A DNA stretch of 55,648 nt from Syntrophorhabdus sp. (GTDB taxonomy: Bacteria; Desulfobacterota; Syntrophorhabdia; Syntrophorhabdales; Syntrophorhabdaceae), in the NCBI GenBank assembly GCA_034679045.1, contig JAXDBK010000038.1, positions 1-55,648 on the forward strand. Direction: 5' to 3'. The position numbers and the translations under genes were made by a program. Positions 1-8,113 of the stretch are shown one piece after another (within the stretch, counting starts at the first letter, position 1; each line of letters opens with the position of its first letter). Under the pieces are notes generated by a model, which saw only the letters and a list, made by a program, of their open reading frames with translations, searched no databases and had not been told where the DNA came from.

Positions 1-204
1 GATATATGTCCCGGCTTCGACCGTGATGACTATCTCATCCGTGCGGCCATGATCAAATTCTTGAGCGATTTGACGCAACTTAAGATGGCAAGGATGATGG
101 TGAAGGACGCGGGGACCATCTACGGCAACAGCCTGTCGCTTTTCCTGCATCTCCAGCGGTCGGCTCTTCGCCTCCTGTGGGAAACGTGGGGACTCTCTGC
201 ATAA
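1..204 (+). CDS. 3' end of an unidentified protein (partial, begins before the window)
   Basis: Frame +1 is open from base 1 to TAA at 202-204 (DICPGFDRDDYLIRAAMIKFLSDL...WETWGLSA*) and converges on the next gene; no family recognised. Confidence 0.5.
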   Translation, partial: DICPGFDRDDYLIRAAMIKFLSDLTQLKMARMMVKDAGTIYGNSLSLFLHLQRSALRLLWETWGLSA

Positions 205-244
205 GCAGCGGTCCTCAGCTTGAGATGGGTACAGCCTTGCCTGC

Positions 245-1213
245 CTAAATAGCTTCTATCGTTGACGGTGGTTTCCTTGTTATGTTGTACGTGACGCTCA
301 CAACACCGGGGACTTCGCCGCTTATACGATCTCCAAGTCTTGTAAGGGTGGCAAAGGGCAGTCTCGTCGGCGTTCCCAATTTGGCATCCGTGCTGTCCCA
401 ACATCTGACCTCAACCTGTAGACCATAGTCGCGTTTCCCATTTCTTATGCCCGTCACACGGTCCTGGTGTAGAATGGCAAGGTATTGGAAAGCTGATGTT
501 TTGGCGAGTTCTTCCTCCACGATTTTTGTAGCCATGCGGACAACGTCAACCCGTTCGGGCGTGATTTCGCCGATGATCCGGGCAGCCAGGGCGGGTCCGG
601 GGAATGGCGGCCGTCCGTAAAGTTCTTTGGGAAGCCCAAGGGACCTGCCCACCTTTCTGATCGCCGTTTTTCGCAGCCTGATGAGCGGCTCTATCACATG
701 GTATCCGTATGCTTTCCGGGTATCTATCCCGAGCTGAGTGAGGATATTATGCTGTCTTTTTATGCCTGCCACCGTTTCCTCCACATCGGTATAGTTCGTG
801 CCCTGGAGCAAGTACCTGGCGCCGCTTTCTTCCACGAGGCGGCCGAAAACCTCTTTATAGAAAACATGCGTACTAGCTTCCCGCTTTTTCTCCGGATCCT
901 CGAGGCCCTTCAATGCATCAAAAAACTGTTTCCTCGCATCGACAAGTTCAACCGGCACGTTCATTTTCTTGAAGAGATCCACCACATACTGCGGTTCCTG
1001 ATGGCGCATGAGACCGCTGTCGATGAAGTAGGTTTTCAATTGTTTTCCAAGGGCCTTAAAACCGATCATCGTTACGACGGACGAATCGACACCGCCGGAC
1101 AGTGCATTAATTGCAATGCCGCCCTTCACCTCCGCGACAATGCTATCGATTTGCTCTTTGATAAATTCTTTTGGCTGTAAGGCCGTCAACGGAATTTCCT
1201 GTACCTTCTCCAT
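245..1213 (-). CDS. GMP synthase ATP-pyrophosphatase subunit (subunit B type, no glutamine amidotransferase domain)
   Basis: PP-loop ALSGGVDSSV, LLQGT, IKRQHN, PFPGPALAARIIGE and C-terminal YNITRKPPSTIE motifs; only 322 aa; AGGAGGAGGG RBS before ATG 1213. Confidence 0.88.
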   Translation of the reverse strand: MEKVQEIPLTALQPKEFIKEQIDSIVAEVKGGIAINALSGGVDSSVVTMIGFKALGKQLKTYFIDSGLMRHQEPQYVVDLFKKMNVPVELVDARKQFFDALKGLEDPEKKREASTHVFYKEVFGRLVEESGARYLLQGTNYTDVEETVAGIKRQHNILTQLGIDTRKAYGYHVIEPLIRLRKTAIRKVGRSLGLPKELYGRPPFPGPALAARIIGEITPERVDVVRMATKIVEEELAKTSAFQYLAILHQDRVTGIRNGKRDYGLQVEVRCWDSTDAKLGTPTRLPFATLTRLGDRISGEVPGVVSVTYNITRKPPSTIEAI

Positions 1214-1240
1214 CGTCCCTCCTCCTGAGATAAATATGCC

Positions 1241-1270
1241 ATCTTAGCGAATTAATTCATGGATTGTCAA
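1241..1270 (-). promoter_or_regulatory. Putative sigma70 promoter of the GMP synthase subunit gene
   Basis: TTGACA (1270-1265), 18 bp spacer, TAAGAT (1246-1241) on the minus strand. Confidence 0.55.
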
Positions 1271-1415
1271 CACATATGTAAGAAAAAACCAGACCGCGTG
1301 AGGCATCGAAGGTTTCCATCCTTCAGTCCGCGATGTTCACCCTATCTGCAGGCCATCAGCAGGGTCTCGGCTGGTGACGACCTTGCCTTTTTCACAATGG
1401 GCGGCCCAAAAGTCC

Positions 1416-1444
1416 TTGTTGTTCCTTCTCCGTAGTTGTACAAT
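1416..1444 (+). promoter_or_regulatory. Putative sigma70 promoter of the MBL hydrolase gene
   Basis: TTGTTG (1416-1421), 17 bp, TACAAT (1439-1444). Confidence 0.4.
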
Positions 1445-1485
1445 GTTTGAAGAAGCACAAACCCTTCAGGATCAGCGGTGCACAA

Positions 1486-2460
1486 ATGGCGGAAGAGATT
1501 ATGCGTGACATCTATAGGATCGAGGTTCCCCTACCCTTGAGTGAATTGCATTTCGTCAACTGCTATGTCATCAGGGGGTCGGAGCGACATTTGATCATCG
1601 ATCCAGGGATGGACGACGCAACATGCCGGCAGGCGATGCAAACAGCTTTGACGGAGCTTGATGTAGATATCAAACAAACAGATTTCTTTGTCACTCATTC
1701 TCATATAGATCATTTCGGTTTGGCGACTCGGCTTGTGGGCGCAAAATCACGAATATTCATCAGCAGGCTCGAAGCGGAAGTTGTGGAGAGGGTGAGGTCG
1801 GGGACTATTCTCTCCGGTTGGACACCGTTCACGGAGATGAGCGGCTTCCCCGAGCATGACGTTGAAAAGGTCTTTCCATCCTCAGGCTCCGCACCCTACA
1901 GGTCTGACGATCCTCTACCGTTTTCATATGTAGTGGACGGGGATTCGTTCGGCATCGGAGACTACCATTTTGCGTGTGTTGCAACACCAGGTCACGCAAG
2001 GGGCCACATGTGTTTGTACGAGTCCCGATCAGGGGTCTTTGTGTCGGGGGATCACCTCCTTTCCGGCATCAGTCCGGCTATTCATACCTTTACCAACGAA
2101 AACCCGCTGAAAGACTACCTGGCGAGCTTGGACAAGGTCGCCACATTGGACATCCGTCTCGTCTTGCCCGGTCATCGGGGCACATTTACGCATTCCAAAG
2201 AGAGGATCAGGGAACTAAAAAAACACCACGAAGGGAGGGCCCACGAGGTCGTCTCTATTCTCAGAGGGGGCGCACAAGACGCCTATGAAGTGGCATCACA
2301 GATGACGTGGGACCTTGATTATGACTCCTGGCTCGTATTCCCCATACAGCAGAAATTCTTCGCTACGGGAGAGGCTTTCGCGCACCTAAGATATCTTGAG
2401 GAAGAGGGACTCATAAAGAGTCTCACAAAAGATAAGAGAATACTCTATTCCATGAATTAA
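1486..2460 (+). CDS. MBL-fold metallo-hydrolase with C-terminal winged-helix-like domain
   Basis: THSHIDH metal motif, TPGHARGH, GDHLL, LPGH; C-terminal GEAFAHLRYL; ATG 1486 preferred over TTG 1447 because of promoter position. Confidence 0.85.
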   Translation: MAEEIMRDIYRIEVPLPLSELHFVNCYVIRGSERHLIIDPGMDDATCRQAMQTALTELDVDIKQTDFFVTHSHIDHFGLATRLVGAKSRIFISRLEAEVVERVRSGTILSGWTPFTEMSGFPEHDVEKVFPSSGSAPYRSDDPLPFSYVVDGDSFGIGDYHFACVATPGHARGHMCLYESRSGVFVSGDHLLSGISPAIHTFTNENPLKDYLASLDKVATLDIRLVLPGHRGTFTHSKERIRELKKHHEGRAHEVVSILRGGAQDAYEVASQMTWDLDYDSWLVFPIQQKFFATGEAFAHLRYLEEEGLIKSLTKDKRILYSMN

Positions 2461-2677
2461 CATAGAAAACCACGTGCACACGGGTATGACCGGTTTCTGC
2501 CCAGTCTGTGCGCCCGTGATCCGTCCCCCGTTGGACAGCGACTCCTTGTTGGCTCTTTACCATTACTGTCCAAGATAATCCAAATTCACGTTCCTTCCCC
2601 ATATAAGGCGCCGTTTTAGACGGGTAGAGCCTCGATTCCCGGATGAGGTCGGTGTTGCTCTCGTTTAATATAGGCTC

Positions 2678-3949
2678 TCCTGCTGTCCAATATATTAAAG
2701 TCCCAGCGCAAGCTGTTCCCCCACCGGCACGATAGGCGGTACCTGGTAGGGACTGTCGATCCATACCCATAGGTCCCGGTAAGTGAAGAGGTTGTAGCGG
2801 AGCATGGCGATGAGGTTGGAAAGAGACCATGCGAAGGGCGACCGGAACTTAACATATTTCAGCAGGAGGATGGCGATCAATGCTGTCCAAATCTGGGTCT
2901 TGAGCGCATTGGGAGAAGTCCCGACGAACGTTTTAATCTTCAGGTTCTGCTTGATGGTCTTAAAGAAGATCTCGATCTGCCAGCGGTCTTTATAGATGGC
3001 GGCGATTGTGGTGGAACCGAAGGTAAGGTGGTTGGCGAGAAGAATGATACGTTCCTTTTTTTCCTCGTCCCACACCTCAATTCTGCGGAGGCGATACGGG
3101 TAGTTCTTCTTTGAGAGGTATCCATTCAACATAATGATCTGGTCTTTCAGGATATTCCGGTTCTGAGGAACCGCCCTTTCCTCGACCAGTGTGTAATCGG
3201 CATTGCCTTTCTGCCGTGTCACGAAAAGGACCCCTTCCGTGTTCCACCGGGCAAAGAGGGCATAGTCCGTGGAGACCCGGTCGCACGCGACGATGGATCC
3301 CTTGGGAAAGGAGATGCCCTTTGCAATGGTGATCTCATGAACGCTCCCTTCCGTGATAGGGGCAAAGACGGGGAGATAGCCGTCATGGTCGAGGAGGAGG
3401 TGGAGCTTGACCGCCCTCTTTGTCTGACGGAAAGTGGCCCAATCAAACAGAGAGGCGCAGAGATCGATGACAGAGGCGTCCAGACTGAAGAGCTTATTCT
3501 TGAAACGGAACTTCTTCTTGCCAGGGGCGATGGCCCGGCACTTCTCAAGAAGCTGGTACAACACCTTCTCGTAGAGCTGCCAGGGACGTTTCTCATTGGC
3601 ATAGGACAGCGTGGACCGAGAGGGGGCAACGTCGATGCCGAGATGCTTCAGCTTTCCGAAACAACTCGCAAGGCCGCCGCATATCTCCCGGAGTGAACGT
3701 GCCTGACCTCATTGACAGAAGAGCATGGCGACGAACTGTCCCCACGAGGTGAATCCCTTTGCCCCCTTTTCGCTCTTTGTTTCCTTCACTGCCCGATAGA
3801 ATTCGCTCTTGGGAAATATCTGTAAAATCTGACCGAAGATGCTGCTAAACTGGTTCATGGGGCTCCTCCTCAAGGTGGTGTTTAATTCTTGGTCGAATTA
3901 ATTTTACCTTTTTGGAGGTGCCCCTGAAAACGTATTTTGGACAGATGTG
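2678..3949 (-). mobile_element. IS4-family insertion sequence, degenerate
   Basis: Imperfect terminal inverted repeats CACATCTGTCCAAAATA (3949-3933, minus) and TCCTGCTGTCCAATATA (2678-2694) around a DDE transposase; no target-site duplication found, so the ends are approximate. Confidence 0.75.
2695..3858 (-). pseudogene. IS4-family DDE transposase (DUF4372-type N-terminus), interrupted by an in-frame stop
   Basis: RBS AGGAGG + ATG 3858 gives MNQFSSIFGQILQ...AMLFCQ*GQARSLREIC...; TGA at 3711-3709, then the frame continues into SLDASVIDL, KLHLLLD, YKDRWQIEIFFKTIKQNLKIKTFVGTS. Confidence 0.88.
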
Positions 3950-4062
3950 AAAATATGTAAAAAGTGTTAGATTGTTGGAGACGAAGGGGACAGGACCAAC
4001 CTTTCTTAGATAATTAAGTATGGATGTGCACGGTTACCGGTTTGATGATGCCTGTAGCCCAT

Positions 4063-4872
4063 TTAAAGCGCTTCGGCGTTGAATCGTGCTATGGTGCCGC
4101 TTTCGAGATTTTTCCGGTAAATGTGGATGAAGACACGGGACGCGATCAGCAGATAGGCGAGGGCAAGAAGACCGCCGATCAGGAGATTCAGGAAAAGGTC
4201 GGACGTGAATGTTTTGGCAGTGAGTACAGCGCGCATACTCTCAAAGACGTAGGAAGCCGGAATCAACTTGGCGAAAGCGTGAAGGGCAGGCGGCAGGGTC
4301 GAGATGGGAAAGTAGACACCGGCGAAAAGCGCCAGCACCATGGGTATGGGCCAGCCCAACCATTCAGCCGACGGTCCCAACCGGAAAATGATGGCGGACA
4401 CAAAAACACCCATGCCTATCCCGAAGATCAGTAATATTACCATGAAGGGTATAAGGAGAGCGCCTATTCGGAAAACGTTATACCCGAAGACGGACCCGGC
4501 GATGGCCACGACCGCAAAGAAGCCGGCGAGGCCCGTAGTGATGCTGGTGAGTACCAAACCGCTCAGGTATTCTCCGACCTTGAGAGGGGATGCAAAGAAG
4601 TTGATGAAATTCTGGGTCCATATGTCTTCGAGGAAGGCCATCAACATACCCTGCTGGATTCTGCTCATGAACTCCCATAAGATGATTGCCCCGAGTATTA
4701 CGGTGACAAAGCCGAACGTCGCTTCGCCGAAGGAGCCGATATACTTGGTTATAAAACCCCACTGAATGATGTCGATGATCAGCCACAAGAAAACAGTAGC
4801 CAATCGTGTCGGGTTGCTTTTGAGAAGAAACATCTGCCGAATGTAGATCGCATATACTCGCGAGAGGCTCAC
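4063..4872 (-). CDS. ABC-2 type transporter permease
   Basis: Several hydrophobic segments, GVYFPISTLP motif; GTG start overlaps the ATPase stop (GTGA). Confidence 0.85.
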   Translation of the reverse strand: MSLSRVYAIYIRQMFLLKSNPTRLATVFLWLIIDIIQWGFITKYIGSFGEATFGFVTVILGAIILWEFMSRIQQGMLMAFLEDIWTQNFINFFASPLKVGEYLSGLVLTSITTGLAGFFAVVAIAGSVFGYNVFRIGALLIPFMVILLIFGIGMGVFVSAIIFRLGPSAEWLGWPIPMVLALFAGVYFPISTLPPALHAFAKLIPASYVFESMRAVLTAKTFTSDLFLNLLIGGLLALAYLLIASRVFIHIYRKNLESGTIARFNAEAL

Positions 4873-5627
4873 GTGCTCACCTCGTGTTCCAGACAAACCG
4901 GTTCTCGGGCTACGGCGATAAACAGTTCCTCCAGGGTTTTCATGCCATGCTCTGCCGGTAGGGTCTTTGGGCTGCCGTTCAACAAAATTCTGCCGTGGGC
5001 GAGAAACATGACGCGGTCACAGACGGTCTCAATCTCATTCATGTTATGGGATGTCCAGAGTATCCCGGCCCGGCTCCTCGCCATGTATCTTCTAATCTTT
5101 TCGCGGATCAGTTGTGAGATGGACGGGTCCAGGGATGCGGTCGGCTCGTCAAGAAGGAGCAGGCGCGGTTCATTCATGATAGCCTTTGCAAGGCTCAGAC
5201 GGCTTGCTTCGCCAGAAGAGAGAAGCCCGGCCTTGGTGGAGGCGAATCTTTCCAGATCAAACTCCCGCAAGAGGACGTTAATCCTATCCTTTATATTGTT
5301 GATTTCGTACAACAGACCGAATATGTACAGGTTTTGCCGGACTGTGAGATTTGCGGGCATATGGGCGTAGACGGCTGCGAAATTCATATGCTTGCGGATG
5401 TCCGGACCACATTTGCGCAGGTCTTTCCCCAGTATTTCGATTGACCCGCCTGTTGGTTCGAGGATGCCGAGGATCATATTAATCGTGGTGGTTTTCCCTG
5501 CGCCGTTGGGACCGAGAAGTCCGACGATCTCACCGGAGCTTACATCAAAGGAGATTCGGTCAACGGCTTTCAGGGCATGATATTCTTTTGTGAGATTTGT
5601 AATACGCAGGATTGTTTCATGATCCAT
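4869..5627 (-). CDS. ABC transporter ATP-binding protein (exporter type)
   Basis: Walker A GPNGAGKTT, signature LSSGE, Walker B LLLLDEPT, H-loop TSH. Confidence 0.93.
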   Translation of the reverse strand: MDHETILRITNLTKEYHALKAVDRISFDVSSGEIVGLLGPNGAGKTTTINMILGILEPTGGSIEILGKDLRKCGPDIRKHMNFAAVYAHMPANLTVRQNLYIFGLLYEINNIKDRINVLLREFDLERFASTKAGLLSSGEASRLSLAKAIMNEPRLLLLDEPTASLDPSISQLIREKIRRYMARSRAGILWTSHNMNEIETVCDRVMFLAHGRILLNGSPKTLPAEHGMKTLEELFIAVAREPVCLEHEVST

Positions 5628-5949
5628 GAATGTCCACCGTGGAAACTTTTAGCCTGAAACGCAAGGTTCGTTAAAGATAATGGAACAGCGATACTATACT
5701 AGAGAAGACGGGGAGAGAGCAAGGAGGGGACCAACCGCGTGGGATTGCTTGAGGGGAATGTTGAAAGTATTGGGTCCATATTTCAGAGAAGGACAAATAG
5801 GCTTCGACGTGGTCATCAACGACTAGAGAGAGACGGTGATGACGGTCTGACTGTATTCGGGAAAAAACTGATGGTCCCGGTCCCATAAGTGTGTTAATAT
5901 TACTAGTTATCGTTACGTTTGGCAAATACGTTTGCCTGAGGGGTAAGAG

Positions 5950-6480
5950 ATGAAAGTCCTGCTGCACATATGCTGTGCGCCCTGCAGCATTTACACGCTG
6001 GAATCGTTGAAGTCCGAGGGCATGGATGTTTTGGGATATTTTTATAACCCGAACATACATCCCTACACTGAGTTCGTCAAAAGGCTCCGGACCCTCGAAA
6101 ATTACGCAGCAATATCCTTGTTGCCCCTAACGATTGACAAGGGATATGAAGTGGAGGATTTTTTCAAAGGCGTCCTCGAGTACGGAAAAAAACGTTGTCT
6201 CTTCTGCTACCGCATGAGACTTGAGAAGGCCTTTATAGAAGGCAAGAAAAGAAGTGTGGACGCCGTCACAACGACCCTGCTGTATAGTAAATACCAAAGA
6301 CACGACGATATACGGTCTACGGGTGAGGAACTGGCCGATAGATACAACGTGAGGTTTCTCTACCGGGACTTCAGGGTCGGGTGGAAAAAGGGGATTGAGG
6401 AATCCCGAAGGATCAATATGTACCGTCAGCAGTATTGCGGTTGCCTTCTCAGTGAAAGGGAACGATTTCAGGGGCTGTGA
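5950..6480 (+). CDS. queH: Epoxyqueuosine reductase QueH (DUF208)
   Basis: LLHICCAPC, FYNPNIHP, RCxxCYxxRL, YRQQYCGC motifs. Confidence 0.92.
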   Translation: MKVLLHICCAPCSIYTLESLKSEGMDVLGYFYNPNIHPYTEFVKRLRTLENYAAISLLPLTIDKGYEVEDFFKGVLEYGKKRCLFCYRMRLEKAFIEGKKRSVDAVTTTLLYSKYQRHDDIRSTGEELADRYNVRFLYRDFRVGWKKGIEESRRINMYRQQYCGCLLSERERFQGL

Positions 6481-6692
6481 TGGCTGTTTTGGGGAAGATG
6501 TTTGTGATCCTTGGCTTTATCCTGATAGCCTTGGGTTTTCTGCTTATGTTCGGTGACAAAATCCCCTTTATCGGGAAACTGCCGGGAGATATCTGGATCA
6601 GGAGGGAGCGTTTCAGTTTTTATTTCCCGATTACAACGAGTATTATTATCAGTATTATTCTGACAATCCTTTTTTCGTTATTCAGGAAATAG
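6477..6692 (+). CDS. DUF2905 family small membrane protein
   Basis: Two TM helices around GKLPGDI...FYFPITTSII. Confidence 0.88.
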   Translation: MMAVLGKMFVILGFILIALGFLLMFGDKIPFIGKLPGDIWIRRERFSFYFPITTSIIISIILTILFSLFRK

Positions 6693-6923
6693 CAGTATCG
6701 GTCTCGTTTGTTTGTGCAGGATGTTTTTTTGGGACGAGATCATGATACGATCCCCGCATCCGGCTAAACTTCCTGTTTGTTGGTGACGAAAATCATTGCA
6801 GAAACGAAGTAAGCAACGAGGGGTAAGGGTGGCGCACGGGAAGCCCACAATTTGTTGAATAGGGCCCGTAAATATTTTAATCTAAAAAATTGTTAAAAAT
6901 GTCTATTTGAGGAGATCGACAGC

Positions 6924-7631
6924 ATGAAAAGAATAATTATTGTGTGCACCGTGGTGTGTGCGTTATGTGCCGTTCTGGTAAGCATTGGCCTGTCCGACAG
7001 CCCGGAGGAGACGTTCAAGAAGGCCTTTCCCCATCTCCCTCTGTCATCGTTAAGACAGACGGAAATTAAGGGGGTGTACGAAATCGTATCTGAAAACCGG
7101 GTCGGATATTATGCTCCCGAACCGGGTTATTTGTTCATCGGTGACATTATTGATAGGAATGGCGTGAACATCACCGCGAACCGGCGTAACGAACTCGTCG
7201 TCTCGAAAGTAAAGAGTCTTCCCCTTGACAAGGCGCTGAAGATGGGAACGGGGAAACACACGGTTATCGAATTTACTGATCCGGACTGCCCCTATTGCCG
7301 TAAGGCATCGACGTTCTTGAGCCAGAAGACCGATGTTACAAGGTATGTGTTTTTCCTTCCCTTGCCTATGCACAAGGACGCAGAAAACAAGGTGAGGTAC
7401 GTTTTTTGCGCCAACGACAGAACCAGGGCTTACGAGGATGCGATGCAGGGTAAACTCGACAATCAGAAGTATGTGGTCTGCAAGAAACCCGAGGTGGATG
7501 ACCTTTTGAAAGTGCACAAAGAAGCCGTAACCAGAATGGGGGTTACGGGAACACCCTTCTTTATCGTAAACAACAAACCGGTGTCAGGGGCAAATTTCCC
7601 TCAAATTGACGAGGCCCTCAGGGAGAAATAG
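6924..7631 (+). CDS. dsbC: DsbC-family periplasmic disulfide isomerase
   Basis: Signal peptide, N-terminal dimerisation region, FTDPDCPYC active site, GVTGTP cis-Pro loop. Confidence 0.85.
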   Translation: MKRIIIVCTVVCALCAVLVSIGLSDSPEETFKKAFPHLPLSSLRQTEIKGVYEIVSENRVGYYAPEPGYLFIGDIIDRNGVNITANRRNELVVSKVKSLPLDKALKMGTGKHTVIEFTDPDCPYCRKASTFLSQKTDVTRYVFFLPLPMHKDAENKVRYVFCANDRTRAYEDAMQGKLDNQKYVVCKKPEVDDLLKVHKEAVTRMGVTGTPFFIVNNKPVSGANFPQIDEALREK

Positions 7632-7646
7632 GACGGAATGACCAGC

Positions 7647-8113
7647 ATGCTAAGGATTGGCGTTCTCTCAGACACCCATCTTAACAAGCCGAATGATGAA
7701 TTCAAGACAACCGTAGAGCGGGTCTTCTCCGGGGTCGACATAGTCATTCATGCGGGCGACATGACCGCGTGGCTGTCCACGAGTATTTGTCAAGGTGGGA
7801 CCTGAAGGCCGTTGCGGGGAATATGGACGAAATGGAACTGAAAACAATTGTCCCTGCAAAAAGGATAGAGGAATTAGAAGGTAGAAGAATTGGGATTGTT
7901 CACGGCCGGGGAACTCCTTTTGGAATAGAAGATGTAGTTGCCCGCGAGTTCGACGGTGTCGATATCATAATCTTCGGGCATTCCCATATACCGATGAACG
8001 GAAGGCGTGGTCGGGTATATATGCTGAATCCTGGTTCCTACCGTAGCAGCAAGACTGTGGCGATTCTCGAACTGGGAGAAGAGATAAAATTCAAGCTGAT
8101 GGAGGTCCGCTGA
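7647..8113 (+). pseudogene. YfcE-like metallophosphoesterase with a 1-nt frameshift
   Basis: Frame from ATG 7647 (or 7638): MLRIGVLSDTH...IVIHAGDMT; after ~7768 a different frame gives AVAGNMD, IVHG, FGHSH, NPGS. One base appears missing at 7767-7768. Confidence 0.8.

Noticed and set aside
3709-3711. In-frame TGA in the transposase as selenocysteine or read-through
   Set aside because: The position corresponds to Leu, not Cys; I saw no convincing SECIS-like hairpin; other motifs are also decayed
2474-4045. GTGCAC...ACCGGTTT similarity on both sides of the IS as a target duplication
   Set aside because: Gapped, imperfect and not adjacent to the inverted repeats
5920-5936. sigma54-like TGGC...TTGC upstream of queH
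   Set aside because: GG-GC spacing is 11, not 10; better explained as the small hairpin GGCAAA/TTTGCC
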